64,000 nucleotides of DNA, taken from assembly GCA_030429765.1 (NCBI GenBank), contig JAUIER010000007.1:68372-132371 (forward strand), written 5' to 3'. Both the position numbers and the translations under genes were made by a program. Of this stretch, positions 17,458 through 27,975 are shown piece after piece (the stretch's first letter is position 1; each line of letters opens with the position of its first letter). This stretch comes from a bacterium. GTDB lineage: Bacteria; Omnitrophota; Gorgyraeia; Zapsychrales; Zapsychraceae. The notes beneath the pieces were generated by a model. It did no database searches. It saw only the letters and a program-made list of their open reading frames with translations, and was not told where the DNA came from.

Positions 17458-18480
17458 TTATGGTATGGTTTTTAATTGATGATTATCATACAAGCATAAC
17501 AGTCCGCGTAACATTTTTTCACTAAAGACCTGTGCACCGGCCGCCGTCAGGTGACGTTCATCGCGCCAGTAATCAATTTGATACAGCGATTCAAGCTCTG
17601 GAATCAGCGCCAATCCCAATCGGCTGAAATACTGGAGCGCCTCCGGTGAAGGATACCCCTGCCTGAATTGGGGCAAGTACGTAAAATAGACCTTGGTGTC
17701 ATAGGCCTCGGCCAAGGCCACCATCCGCCGCAGATAAAAATCAGCCAGCGTTCCCTCAATCCCGTGGCCCGAAAAACGCGGCAGCGTCTTGGGCGGTTGC
17801 ATCCGTTTATACTGCTGTAAAAATGCCGGGTCCTGCTGCTGAGCGATATCCGGAAAATAAAATCCCCGTGCCTGATGATACTCCTGCTGAACACGGTCGC
17901 GAGATCCGTCGCGATTCTGTAACCAGGCCACCGCCCGCCCCATCCACACCCGCGGGACGCGTACAGCGATGTCACCAAGCATTTGCGAAATCGTCCGCCA
18001 CTGAAACTTCAACGATAATTCCGATTGCGGCTGCGGCTTTTGGGAGTCTCTCTGCAAGTATTGAATCTCCTGAAGCACATCATCGATCGACGCGAAATGC
18101 CGCATATAGCTGTGATGGCCGATCACCTCTTCCATGGAAAATTCCAGTATCAGATTTTTCACCCTGCGGTTTTGAAGGGTATGTTTAAGTGTAATATAAT
18201 CCACATCACGCCCCACCCAATTCCGTCCGAAATTAAGGACACGGGTATGCGTTCCGGCGGTCTGTTCCATAATCAGCGGATCCAGCGCCGTCCAGATCCC
18301 GGAACTGCCCACGATCAGATAATCCACCGGCCGCCGATTGCGTTCGTAGATCTGCGTCTCGATCCAGCTCCACTTGCTGTCCAGCACGCTCAATTGATAC
18401 CGCGGAAACATCTCGCTGACAATCAATGACAATCCGGAGAGCACAACAACGACGATAATAATTCGAAGTAGATTTTTCAT
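17458..18480 (-). CDS. SGNH-like extracytoplasmic acyltransferase partner (AlgJ/PatB/DltD-like)
   Basis: N-terminal anchor; IVGSS nucleophile motif and DERHL (DxxH); directly downstream of the MBOAT gene. Confidence 0.75.
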   Translation of the reverse strand: MKNLLRIIIVVVVLSGLSLIVSEMFPRYQLSVLDSKWSWIETQIYERNRRPVDYLIVGSSGIWTALDPLIMEQTAGTHTRVLNFGRNWVGRDVDYITLKHTLQNRRVKNLILEFSMEEVIGHHSYMRHFASIDDVLQEIQYLQRDSQKPQPQSELSLKFQWRTISQMLGDIAVRVPRVWMGRAVAWLQNRDGSRDRVQQEYHQARGFYFPDIAQQQDPAFLQQYKRMQPPKTLPRFSGHGIEGTLADFYLRRMVALAEAYDTKVYFTYLPQFRQGYPSPEALQYFSRLGLALIPELESLYQIDYWRDERHLTAAGAQVFSEKMLRGLLCLYDNHQLKTIP

Positions 18481-18487
18481 ATAATCG

Positions 18488-19888
18488 TTAGAATTGAAAA
18501 TAAATAAAGGCCTGATGCGTCAGATTTAATTCACTCAATAATGCGATCAGCGCGCAAAACACGTAGACGATCCCGCCGCGCGCGCTCCAATGCCAATGCG
18601 TAAAGCCCTTGGCTAATTTTTCAATCCGCGGCTCGACGCCGGTATGAAGCCACCATGTCCCGCCAACAATGGCAATCAGCCAGCGCATATTAGTGATCGT
18701 CAAACGCCAATCCCCGGACCAAATGCCCTGGTAGTATTCCATGGCGAGCGACAGATTCGCCGACCGGAATAGCACCCACGTCAGACAGACGATCACAAAG
18801 AATATGGCTGTCTGAAAAAAACCCGGTATCCGTCGATGCAGACCTTCGCTGATCCGATAAACAACCAACAGCAAGCCGTGAACCCCGCCCCAAATAACAA
18901 ACGTCCAATTGGCCCCGTGCCACAAGCCGGCGAGCAGCATCACGATAAACAGATTACGCAGCGTCTTGGCCGTTCCAAATTGATTGCCGCCTAACGGGAT
19001 ATACAGGTAATCCCGGAACCAGGTCGACAATGTGATATGCCACCGTTGCCAGAACTCACTCGGGTTACGCGCGAGATACGGACTGCGAAAGTTCACCGGC
19101 AGCTGCAGCCCAAAGATCTTGCCCAGGCCGATCGCGATGTCTGAATACGCGGAAAAATCAAAGAATATTTGAAAGGCATATCCATACAGGGCCAGCGACA
19201 AATCGGCCGCTGTAAACGACGCCGGATCCGCGAACACCGGATCGACGACGGTGCTGCCCAGGATATCGGCCACAAAAAGCTTTTTGGCCAGTCCGTACAG
19301 AATATAAAATAATCCGGACTCATCACATTTCTCACAGAGGTTGTCACGCAGTTGCGGTAGAAACTCGCGGGCGCGCACAATCGGTCCGGCCACCAACTGC
19401 GGAAAGGAGGCCACAAACACCAGGAATTCCAGCAATGAATCCGTCGGCTGAATCTTGCGTTGATAGATATCAATGGTATAGCTGAGACTTTGAAAGGTAT
19501 AAAACGAAATGCCGACCGGCAGGATGATGTTCAGTGTCGGCAGGGATCCCGAAAGCCCTAATCCGCTTAACGCGCTGGAAAGGCTCTCCAGAAAAAAATT
19601 CATGTACTTAAAGTAGGCCAGTAATCCCAGGTTCCCGATGAGACTCATGGCCAGGAGCTGTCGACGGTGTTTGGGATCATCGGATCTCCCCATCGCCCGC
19701 CCGACAAAGAAGTCTAAACACGAACTGAAGACGATCAGAAACAGCAGTTCAACCCGCCACCAACCGTAAAAGATGTAACTGGCGATCAGCAGCAACACCA
19801 GCTGCAGAAAACGGGAACGCCGGCAGCACCCGAACAACACGAACGTACCGATCAAAAACGGAATAAAGATGATTTCAGTAAACAGCAC
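18488..19888 (-). CDS. MBOAT O-acyltransferase (AlgI/PatA/DltB family)
   Basis: LPVGISFYTFQ, FPQLVAGPI, DFSAYSD, FWQRWHITLS.W.RDY.YIPLGG and GLWHGA motifs; GTG start. Confidence 0.95.
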   Translation of the reverse strand: MLFTEIIFIPFLIGTFVLFGCCRRSRFLQLVLLLIASYIFYGWWRVELLFLIVFSSCLDFFVGRAMGRSDDPKHRRQLLAMSLIGNLGLLAYFKYMNFFLESLSSALSGLGLSGSLPTLNIILPVGISFYTFQSLSYTIDIYQRKIQPTDSLLEFLVFVASFPQLVAGPIVRAREFLPQLRDNLCEKCDESGLFYILYGLAKKLFVADILGSTVVDPVFADPASFTAADLSLALYGYAFQIFFDFSAYSDIAIGLGKIFGLQLPVNFRSPYLARNPSEFWQRWHITLSTWFRDYLYIPLGGNQFGTAKTLRNLFIVMLLAGLWHGANWTFVIWGGVHGLLLVVYRISEGLHRRIPGFFQTAIFFVIVCLTWVLFRSANLSLAMEYYQGIWSGDWRLTITNMRWLIAIVGGTWWLHTGVEPRIEKLAKGFTHWHWSARGGIVYVFCALIALLSELNLTHQAFIYFQF

Positions 19889-19932
19889 TGGCTTTTGCGT
19901 TCCCCGTCCGTAACAGTGATTGACGGATCAAT

Positions 19933-20790
19933 TTACTTTTTGCGGGTATAGCTGATTTCCATGGAGCGGTATTCATCGCTGGTCCCCATGGCATTGGTAA
20001 ACATCTCGTAGCGGAAGTGGTCATCATCGATAAAGGTCGTGACCGCGCGAAAGGACTTCTGACCTTCCAACGGACACGTGAAAATACCTTCCTCGGTAAG
20101 GGTGTTCATGTCCGAATTGTACTGTCCTTTGCCCTTCATCATGCCTGTACTCATACTATCCAGCCAGATGGAGTTATAAACCTGTTTGCCGTTGTCGTAA
20201 CCGGTGATACCCATCCCTGTAAACGGCATCCCCATGGATTTACCATCCACATCATGCTGGATAAAGCGCTGTCCCAGAATCCAGCTGATTCGGCTCTGTC
20301 CGGTGGAGACATCCGGATCTTGATCGGGCGACATCCACCACTTGATTTCATGCTCCCATTCGCCGACCATCTGACCCAAGACCTCGTGATTCTCATTGGG
20401 TGTGGCGTAAGCCTCCCACTTTTTCATCATCGCGGCCTGCTGCGGGTCCGCGACCTCCATCAGTTCGGCGGCCGATTCGTGGCTCTCGCTCTCCACCTCA
20501 TCAAATGATTCAGCCTTTTTGAAAGGTTTGGCCGACTTTTTCATGGCCTCAACGGCATTGACGGCGGCATCGTCCGCCACCTTCAAGGTGTGATCCACCG
20601 CCTCTCCTACCGCTGACAGCGGACGGCTGTCCGCGGCGATCTGGATTTCTTCCGCATAGCGGCCGAATGTTCCTTTGGCCGACGCCTTGAAGATCTCGGG
20701 GCGTTCCGCCCTAACCGGCGTGGCTATCAATATTAGTCCCAAAGCTGCTGTGATACTGGTGTAGACATATGATCGAAATTTCATATTCAC
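19933..20790 (-). CDS. Secreted DUF1579 protein
   Basis: P...HE.L..MVG.W, LG.RFI, F.G.GITGYDN....Y...W.DSM.TG and MEI.YTR motifs. Confidence 0.85.
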   Translation of the reverse strand: MNMKFRSYVYTSITAALGLILIATPVRAERPEIFKASAKGTFGRYAEEIQIAADSRPLSAVGEAVDHTLKVADDAAVNAVEAMKKSAKPFKKAESFDEVESESHESAAELMEVADPQQAAMMKKWEAYATPNENHEVLGQMVGEWEHEIKWWMSPDQDPDVSTGQSRISWILGQRFIQHDVDGKSMGMPFTGMGITGYDNGKQVYNSIWLDSMSTGMMKGKGQYNSDMNTLTEEGIFTCPLEGQKSFRAVTTFIDDDHFRYEMFTNAMGTSDEYRSMEISYTRKK

Positions 20791-20869
20791 TCCATCTTGC
20801 TGCGATTAATAGTGGATTCATTCTGCTCCCCTAAAACAACCCTGAATCCGGGTGCGGTCCGTAATCGGA

Positions 20870-21106
20870 TTAGTCGGGACCGGCCCCTTCGGTCTGATGA
20901 TCGCGCAATCGGCGAATCTCTTCCATAAATTCGTTTCTTAATTGGGTCAGCATGTCATTGACTTCGTCAACGGTATAAACATCGTAACCGGGAATGGGCT
21001 GGGCCTGCGTGGGCGGGTGCTCGACACGATATTGCATGTTGTCCCGGTTGGCCGGACTGGAATAGTTTTCGTAGATGATCTTGTGATCGCAAACTTTGAC
21101 GGTCAT
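20870..21106 (-). CDS. Small hypothetical protein
   Basis: RBS AAAGGA; 78 aa with YTVDEVNDML and a coiled-coil tail. Confidence 0.55.
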   Translation of the reverse strand: MTVKVCDHKIIYENYSSPANRDNMQYRVEHPPTQAQPIPGYDVYTVDEVNDMLTQLRNEFMEEIRRLRDHQTEGAGPD

Positions 21107-21150
21107 ATCGGTTCCTTTCGATGACGGTTGAGGTTCAATATCCTGCTATT

Positions 21151-22107
21151 CTATTTTTGATTGATGAAAAAATCAACTATCAATTCCGAGGCATTGATAT
21201 CCCGTGAAACACGCCCGACCACGCGTTCGGGAAAGTACTGAATCCCGCCCGGCCAGGTGTGACCGCCGCCCCGGATCTCGATCAGCACCACTTCTGCGCC
21301 GTCACGGCAGTCGGGATAACGATACTCGATGGCCGTGGTCTCATCACGGGCCGTAAGGTCGGGCAATTCCATATCCACCGGATCCGTCTCACAGCCGTTA
21401 AACCGGGCGAAGCGCTCCATACTCTCGCGCGTTGATAACACCTTGCCGCGCGAGCGGTCTTTGCTCAGGGTCACATCTCCCCCATCATAGGGAACCAGCG
21501 GATCTTCCGTACCGTTGATTATCAGGACCGATACCGGAGCCGTGGACTCTTTATCGGACATCGCCGCGGTGATCTGGGCGGTCACCGGCGCGATGGCCCG
21601 TATTTTATCGGAAAGCTCAAGGGCGAGCCGGATCGACATAAAACCACCGTTGGAGATACCGGTAGCAAAGACCCGGTCAGGATCGGTCTGGTATTCCTCT
21701 TCGATGGTCTCGATCAATTTTCGAAAAAAACCTACATCGTCCGGTGGATCAATCGGACGGAACATGTGTTCATAGATTTCGGCCCGACCGTCGTTCCAGC
21801 GCCGTTTGTGCCCCTGGGGGAATACCACCACAACGCCATGCTCATCGGCCGCGCGCAGCAAACGTCCGCGATCCATCCGTGAGAATTTATTGGCCCGGCC
21901 TCCCCCGCCATGCAGGGCCAGGATCAAGGGCGGATTTTCCAGCGTCGCGAAATGTTCAGGCAGGTACACATAATACGTCCGGTTGATGCCTTCATGCCGG
22001 AGATATTCAACCTTAAGTGTATCGGCGGCCTCTGCCCCCGAAACCATTAGGATAATCAACAGAAGCGACCACAACAGCGAATTCCAGTTTTGAATCACGT
22101 ATCTCAT
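21151..22107 (-). CDS. LpqC/PHB-depolymerase-family secreted esterase
   Basis: LHGGGG, WNDGR, DDVGF, GISNGG (GxSxG), GT.DPLVP and GGGHTWPG motifs. Confidence 0.9.
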   Translation of the reverse strand: MRYVIQNWNSLLWSLLLIILMVSGAEAADTLKVEYLRHEGINRTYYVYLPEHFATLENPPLILALHGGGGRANKFSRMDRGRLLRAADEHGVVVVFPQGHKRRWNDGRAEIYEHMFRPIDPPDDVGFFRKLIETIEEEYQTDPDRVFATGISNGGFMSIRLALELSDKIRAIAPVTAQITAAMSDKESTAPVSVLIINGTEDPLVPYDGGDVTLSKDRSRGKVLSTRESMERFARFNGCETDPVDMELPDLTARDETTAIEYRYPDCRDGAEVVLIEIRGGGHTWPGGIQYFPERVVGRVSRDINASELIVDFFINQK

Positions 22108-22353
22108 ACATCCCGTCCTTTCCTGATAGGCCTATGACGGCCTCCCATCACAGACCAGAAGCCAGGCAGCAAATTCTTCGCGCCGACCGGCTGAATCACG
22201 ATAATGTCATCATGTATCCCGCTCATGTAAGGCCCATACCCCTTCCTCTTGACGTAAAGACTCATTATAACTCAGCTCAAGTATCAATTTCGGATTATTT
22301 TGAATTATGCTAGAATACGGATATTAGTTGAAAATACGTAAGGAAACTCGTTA

Positions 22354-22887
22354 ATGACTCAATCCCTCAACACGTCCCAAGGATTAACCATTCGCTGGCC
22401 CAGCTTGCTGGTGGCGGGCTTCTTTTTAATCGGGGTGGAATTTGGATTTCAATGGTTTGCCGGCAGCACGCTGCAGCAGGCGGGCATCCGCTGGCACGCC
22501 GCCTTTGGCGGTGTCATCTTAATTGCGGTGAGCCTGTGTATCAGCGCGGTGTACGCCGCCTTTGAATTGGAAAGAAACGAACAACGCGCCAAGATCCTGT
22601 CGCGATCGACCAAGCGCGTTGATGATCTCACCCAGATTGAGGGGATCGGCCCCAAGTTCTCCCGTACCCTGATGGCCGCGGAGATCAAGACCTTTCATCA
22701 ACTGGCACGGACCACCGAGTTTGAACTGCGCCGGACCTTAAGAGAAGCCGGTTTCAAGTTTGCACCGGGCATTGACACCTGGTCGCAGCAGGCCGAGCTG
22801 GCCGCGCGTGAAGACTGGAATCGTCTTCGAGAGTACCAGGACATCCTGAAATCTACCCCCTCATTGTCCGAAGAATCGCCGATCTAG
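22354..22887 (+). CDS. Membrane protein with C-terminal helix-hairpin-helix (DUF4332-like) domain
   Basis: Two TM segments, then DDLTQIEGIGPK...L....I.TF..LA...TW..QA.LA. Confidence 0.8.
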   Translation: MTQSLNTSQGLTIRWPSLLVAGFFLIGVEFGFQWFAGSTLQQAGIRWHAAFGGVILIAVSLCISAVYAAFELERNEQRAKILSRSTKRVDDLTQIEGIGPKFSRTLMAAEIKTFHQLARTTEFELRRTLREAGFKFAPGIDTWSQQAELAAREDWNRLREYQDILKSTPSLSEESPI

Positions 22888-22899
22888 ATCAACCCGCCG

Positions 22900-25323
22900 T
22901 TATTTTTGCCAGTTTTCCCGAACCTGCTGAAGGATTCCCGGCAGGCGCGGATCATTCTTGGGACCCAGAAAATCCGGCACCGAACAATGCTGCACCATGT
23001 CCTTGAAGATCTCGTACTTGGTATTGCTGTTAATCGCCATCCCCGCCACATATTCCAGGCTCATATTATCATCAAGATTGAGCGGCGTATCTCTCACCCA
23101 ATCCCTGAGATCGTCGCCGCTGCAGATATACGTCCCGAAAAAGTTTTCGACCCGATTCAGGTCCACTTCCCCGAGTGATTGATCCAGACCGGGATTGTCA
23201 CTGATCAGGCGCTGCGTGGTGTTGAGGTCGCGGGCCGGATCATGCAGATGTCCGACCAGGACCGCGTCATAGATCCCGTGTTCCAGATTGGCCATCCACA
23301 CACTGGAATGAGTAAAGTTCTCAAAGAAGGTCTTCATCTGGATCTTGACCCCGTCCATGTTGGTTTCATACAACGGAACCCATTGGGTCACCACGCCGCC
23401 CGGATTCAGATGATCCTTGACCAGTTGATAGTACTCATCCGAGTACAACGCCGCCGCGCCGCGGACCCATGGATGGATCGGATCCGACGTGATCACATCA
23501 AAGGTCTCTTTGGTCGTTGCCAAAAAATGACGGGCATCGTCAAAGACAACCTCGACCTTGGGATGCGTCATGGCATCGTGATTGAAGCGTCCGAAGTAAT
23601 TCTTGGCCGCCTGATACACCGCCGGTTCAATCTCACAGATCACCACCCGTTCAATCGATGGATAGTTGATAAACGCGCCGGCCGTGGTCCCGGTTCCCAT
23701 CCCGACAATCAGCACGCTCTTGGGATCCTGATGCATGATTCCCGGCACATGCCCGAGCATCCGCAGAATCTTCAAGTCCTCAATAATCGTTGAGGCAACG
23801 ATCCGGCCGCTGACATGAAGCGCGTAGCGATCTCCGATATCCTGAACCGCGACGGTTGAATTGATCCCTTCACTGATAAAGGCAAATTTGCGTTCGTCAC
23901 CCGCCACATGCCGCAGACCAAAGGCCATCAGATTATTTGAGATCGGCCGGATATAAAACAAACTCCCGGCAATCAACACAGCCAGGATGATCAGACCGGC
24001 GGCAAACTTACCGCTGCCGCCCTGATTCGATGATTCATCCGACCGTTCTACCTGTAGTACCGCCCGCAGCATCAGGATGACTGACACCGCCAGCAAAAAG
24101 ACAATGATCCATTGCGCGAACTGTGTGCCCAATAATGGAATGGCGAACAATGAAAAAATCAAACTCCCAACGATACTCCCGATGGTGTTCGCCGCGTACA
24201 TCTTACCGGAGACCTCGGCCGGGTCACGCCCTTCAAAACCGACCGTCGCGACACACAGCGGAAAACTCGCCCCCCATAACAGCGTACACGGAAGAATCGC
24301 CAAAAAGCAGTTCAGGATGTTACTGCGATGCACGTCGCCGATGTTATCGGCGATCACGATCGCATTTTCCGGAATAAAAAACGCGATCATGTACGCCGCG
24401 TAACCGGTGGCCGGAATCAGCAGCAATTGACACAGATAAAGCAACTTGTGCGGCGCATCCGTCCGGCGGATAAAATGCGCGGCAGCGGCACTTCCCAGGG
24501 CCAGCCCGGTCAAAAAGACAGAGATAAGAATCGTGAAGGTAAACGTGGTTACGCCATACATGTTGGACAGAATACGCGTCCAGATGATCTGCGCGCCCAG
24601 CGCGGTGAATCCCGAGATCGCGGTCACGATATAAACCGTGCGCAGATGAAAGTACCGCCCGGTGGATGGCGCCGGTCGTTGATTTTCGACGGGACGATAG
24701 ATTAGTTTGGCAGCCAGCACCCACGCCAGCACAAAAATACCCGCGTTGAGTCCCACCGCGATCAGGTTGGACATCTTGATGCCGAAATTCGGCAGCAGTA
24801 CAAACCCGGTGATGGCGGCCCCGAGTACCGCCCCGGTAATATTGAATCCATACAACAATCCCAATTTACCCACGCCCGACTTGGAGTGTTCAAACCAGCG
24901 TGAGATCGCCGGCAACGTCGCCCCCATCAGGGTCGTCGGGATCAATAAAATCGAACAGCATAATACCCCGCGCAGCAGGATGCTGCCTATTCCGTATCCA
25001 ACCACATCTGTGTAGACCCCGCGTACAATCGGCAAGACGCTGGGGATAATCAACGCAACGATCCCGATCACGCCTTCCAGCACTGCGTAGACCTTGATCG
25101 GATGCAGACGTTCAGGCACGAGTTTCGCGAAGAACAGACTGCCGAGCAGCAATCCGCCCATGTAGGTTGCCAACAGCAATCCAAACGATACCGCTGAGGC
25201 ACCGATCACCAATCCCAGCAGCTTGAGCCAGATGATCTCATAAATTAATGCCGCACATCCGCTACAAAGAAATAAAAATAGAATAAGTGGGAATTCCAAG
25301 CGTTCGAAAATATTTTTCGCCAT
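22900..25323 (-). CDS. Fused MFS/spermidine synthase-like protein
   Basis: SG.AALIYEI.W membrane domain; VGMGTGTT, CEIEP, DDARHFL and FDVITSDPIHPW methyltransferase-fold motifs. Confidence 0.9.
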   Translation of the reverse strand: MAKNIFERLEFPLILFLFLCSGCAALIYEIIWLKLLGLVIGASAVSFGLLLATYMGGLLLGSLFFAKLVPERLHPIKVYAVLEGVIGIVALIIPSVLPIVRGVYTDVVGYGIGSILLRGVLCCSILLIPTTLMGATLPAISRWFEHSKSGVGKLGLLYGFNITGAVLGAAITGFVLLPNFGIKMSNLIAVGLNAGIFVLAWVLAAKLIYRPVENQRPAPSTGRYFHLRTVYIVTAISGFTALGAQIIWTRILSNMYGVTTFTFTILISVFLTGLALGSAAAAHFIRRTDAPHKLLYLCQLLLIPATGYAAYMIAFFIPENAIVIADNIGDVHRSNILNCFLAILPCTLLWGASFPLCVATVGFEGRDPAEVSGKMYAANTIGSIVGSLIFSLFAIPLLGTQFAQWIIVFLLAVSVILMLRAVLQVERSDESSNQGGSGKFAAGLIILAVLIAGSLFYIRPISNNLMAFGLRHVAGDERKFAFISEGINSTVAVQDIGDRYALHVSGRIVASTIIEDLKILRMLGHVPGIMHQDPKSVLIVGMGTGTTAGAFINYPSIERVVICEIEPAVYQAAKNYFGRFNHDAMTHPKVEVVFDDARHFLATTKETFDVITSDPIHPWVRGAAALYSDEYYQLVKDHLNPGGVVTQWVPLYETNMDGVKIQMKTFFENFTHSSVWMANLEHGIYDAVLVGHLHDPARDLNTTQRLISDNPGLDQSLGEVDLNRVENFFGTYICSGDDLRDWVRDTPLNLDDNMSLEYVAGMAINSNTKYEIFKDMVQHCSVPDFLGPKNDPRLPGILQQVRENWQK

Positions 25324-25399
25324 CGTCTATGTCCTTTGTTTAATTAAAATTCTAGTGATTATAACGTACCCATCCGTGTATCTCCACGACATTTTTTCT

Positions 25400-26626
25400 T
25401 TACCCGGGCGTGGAAGTCTGCCTGACCAAGGGTACTTCCCGCGTCTCATCCGTCCAGTCATCCAGCAGATACAGTCGTAGACCTTTGTCCAGACTCAGCT
25501 CATTCAAACTCAACGTCAAACTTTGAAGATCCAATCTTATTTGGACATCCGTCCAATTCTCCTCATAGAGTGATAAATGAATCACATAATCATCCCCGAC
25601 AACTTCGAGCTTTAAGATGTGGTATTCTTCTCCCATAAAAAAATTGCTCGTCTGCAATACGTCAATAATCTGCTGCACATGACCTAGCGGGATGTCATCC
25701 TGATAGTAAATTTCATGCTGCTGCTCTCCGAACTCTATCAGCGTTCCATCATAATACGGAGCGGTGATGGTCCGATAAATTCCCACACTGCATAGACTGA
25801 TCGCCAACACAGCCACCAACAATACGCCCAGCCGACCGCTGCTTTCGCGATCCGGCTGTGTCTCAACCGCCGAAATCTCCCGCGATGTCCCGACCGGTTT
25901 GGGATACGCGTCCGACAGTTGACGGACATCAAGATAAAACAATACGGAAATAATCACCCCCATAACAGCCAAGGCATTAATCGGGATATAACCCATGGCT
26001 TCCACGAGCGGACTGGCCTCATCCGGGAACCAGTAAGCCGCGCCAAAAATCAGCATGCCGTATATCGCAAACAAAGCCACGGAATACCCAAAATACCGCC
26101 CCTTATGCCCGGTCATATAGTCGTCGCTGGCCTTCAATGAGTCGTGATCATTCTTGCCTTCAAACACCGCGATCGGCGTGGCCAGTGCCAACCGGCACAT
26201 CATCATCACACCCGGAACAATCAACAACAGGCGCCAGGATATTTTCTTGAGTGCCAACAACATGATGCCCAACACCGTTCCGTACAAGTCACTCGACGCC
26301 TTATAGACCGGCTTCAGCTCAATCGTTTCAGCGGCGGCCATGCGTCGCAACACCTCGGTCTGCCAGGCCACGACGAATCCGTAGACAAACAGATCGATAA
26401 CGACTGAAATAAGAAAATACGCCCGGATTTTGGACGGTGTTGTTTTTTCGAAATATTGATAAAAGATCTCACTGGCCCAATCAAATGGAAACTCAATTAT
26501 TAAAGGAATCATGATCAAGAAAACTGGACTTCGCCACACGCACCGCCAGATATCCCGATGCATTTCTGCCAACGATCGAGGCTTAACTGGTCGGTCGGAT
26601 GTATTCAGGCTATTGTCGATGTCCAT
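25400..26626 (-). CDS. Multi-pass membrane protein (GDPD membrane-anchor/UPF0259-like) with C-terminal soluble domain
   Basis: LLLIVPG...LA...AVFE......SL..S.....G pattern; several TM segments. Confidence 0.6.
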   Translation of the reverse strand: MDIDNSLNTSDRPVKPRSLAEMHRDIWRCVWRSPVFLIMIPLIIEFPFDWASEIFYQYFEKTTPSKIRAYFLISVVIDLFVYGFVVAWQTEVLRRMAAAETIELKPVYKASSDLYGTVLGIMLLALKKISWRLLLIVPGVMMMCRLALATPIAVFEGKNDHDSLKASDDYMTGHKGRYFGYSVALFAIYGMLIFGAAYWFPDEASPLVEAMGYIPINALAVMGVIISVLFYLDVRQLSDAYPKPVGTSREISAVETQPDRESSGRLGVLLVAVLAISLCSVGIYRTITAPYYDGTLIEFGEQQHEIYYQDDIPLGHVQQIIDVLQTSNFFMGEEYHILKLEVVGDDYVIHLSLYEENWTDVQIRLDLQSLTLSLNELSLDKGLRLYLLDDWTDETREVPLVRQTSTPG

Positions 26627-27893
26627 AAATCCTCGTCAAGATAGGTAGCAGGTGCTCGGCCGCCAACGCGTGTCCGCGGGCATTAAAGTGATGATCAAAT
26701 TTATAGTACAATGACTCCGGGTCGGGCGCGGACGTGAATACCGGCATCAAATCCAGATGATGTATACCCTGCCCTTCCAAAAAGGCCTTGAGCTCGCGGG
26801 TGGGTTTTTGCAGGTCAAAGTCATCCGCATTCAGGATATAACGACGTTGGGCCACGTGCTCCTGCCAATATTGCGGCAAGACCTGTTCCCTGGCCGGGAG
26901 CATCAACACTACAAAATCCGCACCGATGGCCTGTGTTTCAGCCTTGAGCTTCAGCAACAGATGATGCATCAAACGCACGGATTCCTGAAGCTCGGGCGGA
27001 TAATCTTTACGGTAGACATCAAACGGATAATCATAGTCGGTGCGCAGCCCCAACCGATCGATCATATACAACTTGAGAAACTCAAGACTCTTTAAGTACG
27101 GCATTGACTGCGAGAATCGACGCAGGGTATTGACCCGGGCGGTTGCCGCGTCCAGGCGGTCGGATTGTTTAATGTGAATGGGATGGGAAATTAGAAGTTC
27201 CTCTTGAGAGGTGCGGTCAAACGGAAAGATCCTGATCTGACCGGAACGGTCGAATTCATAACGCGGGGCCAATTGCGGCCGCTCTTTTTTGTAATTAGGC
27301 GAATTATCGACGAGGTCATTTGGAAAGAAAGATAAAACAACAACATCGGGTTTGAGCCGGACGACCTCTTCTTGAAAGATACGGTATTGATGAATTGTCC
27401 CGATACTGGAGACACCAAAATTATAAACCATGGCATCAATGTCCGCCGACTCAAGCCCGGCTTCCACTTGTTCGGGAATCGATTCATCCTGTTCGACCTG
27501 AACTGCCTGAATAAATGAATCACCGAGGACCGCGACGCGGAATTTATGGGGGGCTACGATGTAGTCTTCTGTATCCCTAAAACCCTCAGTATTGATCGAC
27601 ACATTCGTCCGAAACTCGGCATGCGGATAGCGCCATCCCCTGAACTCGCCGTCATTGTTGGGCGTGTGCCGCCACCCGTAACGGTCATCGAGTTGATAAA
27701 ACTCTTCGGGAAATTGATAACCGGGATCCTCATGCGCCAGCGCGAACCAATGCGGACGGTCGATATACTTGAGATAAATCCCTTTGTGATAGATCAGATA
27801 GCGGACGGCAAGCTCCACACAAATCAAGCAGATAACGACAACCAACACAAAACTGATAAGCGCAAAGATTGATTCCTTGAGACGAAATTTCAT
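26610..27893 (-). CDS. SGNH/GDSL (AlgX/AlgJ-like) protein
   Basis: IN.EGFRD, LGDSF, N.GV, PND and D.HFN..GH motifs. Confidence 0.85.
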   Translation of the reverse strand: MKFRLKESIFALISFVLVVVICLICVELAVRYLIYHKGIYLKYIDRPHWFALAHEDPGYQFPEEFYQLDDRYGWRHTPNNDGEFRGWRYPHAEFRTNVSINTEGFRDTEDYIVAPHKFRVAVLGDSFIQAVQVEQDESIPEQVEAGLESADIDAMVYNFGVSSIGTIHQYRIFQEEVVRLKPDVVVLSFFPNDLVDNSPNYKKERPQLAPRYEFDRSGQIRIFPFDRTSQEELLISHPIHIKQSDRLDAATARVNTLRRFSQSMPYLKSLEFLKLYMIDRLGLRTDYDYPFDVYRKDYPPELQESVRLMHHLLLKLKAETQAIGADFVVLMLPAREQVLPQYWQEHVAQRRYILNADDFDLQKPTRELKAFLEGQGIHHLDLMPVFTSAPDPESLYYKFDHHFNARGHALAAEHLLPILTRIYGHRQ

Positions 27894-27911
27894 AAATCGT
27901 TTGGGTATGGC

Positions 27912-27965
27912 AAAAAAATAACGCCCTACGGTTGTTCTCGGTTATGAGAACAGCCATAGGGCGTT
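27912..27965 (-). terminator. Long intrinsic terminator
   Basis: About 20-bp stem AACGCCCTATGGCTGTTCTC/GAGAACAACCGTAGGGCGTT followed by ATTTTTTT. Confidence 0.8.
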
Positions 27966-27975
27966 GGTGTTGATC

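Noticed and set aside
22104-22265. Small ORF or structured leader upstream of the LpqC-like esterase
   Set aside because: An ORF (MSGIHDDIIVIQPVG...) ending in an ATGA overlap exists, but it has no recognisable motif or clear RBS, and I could not fit the region to a known riboswitch.
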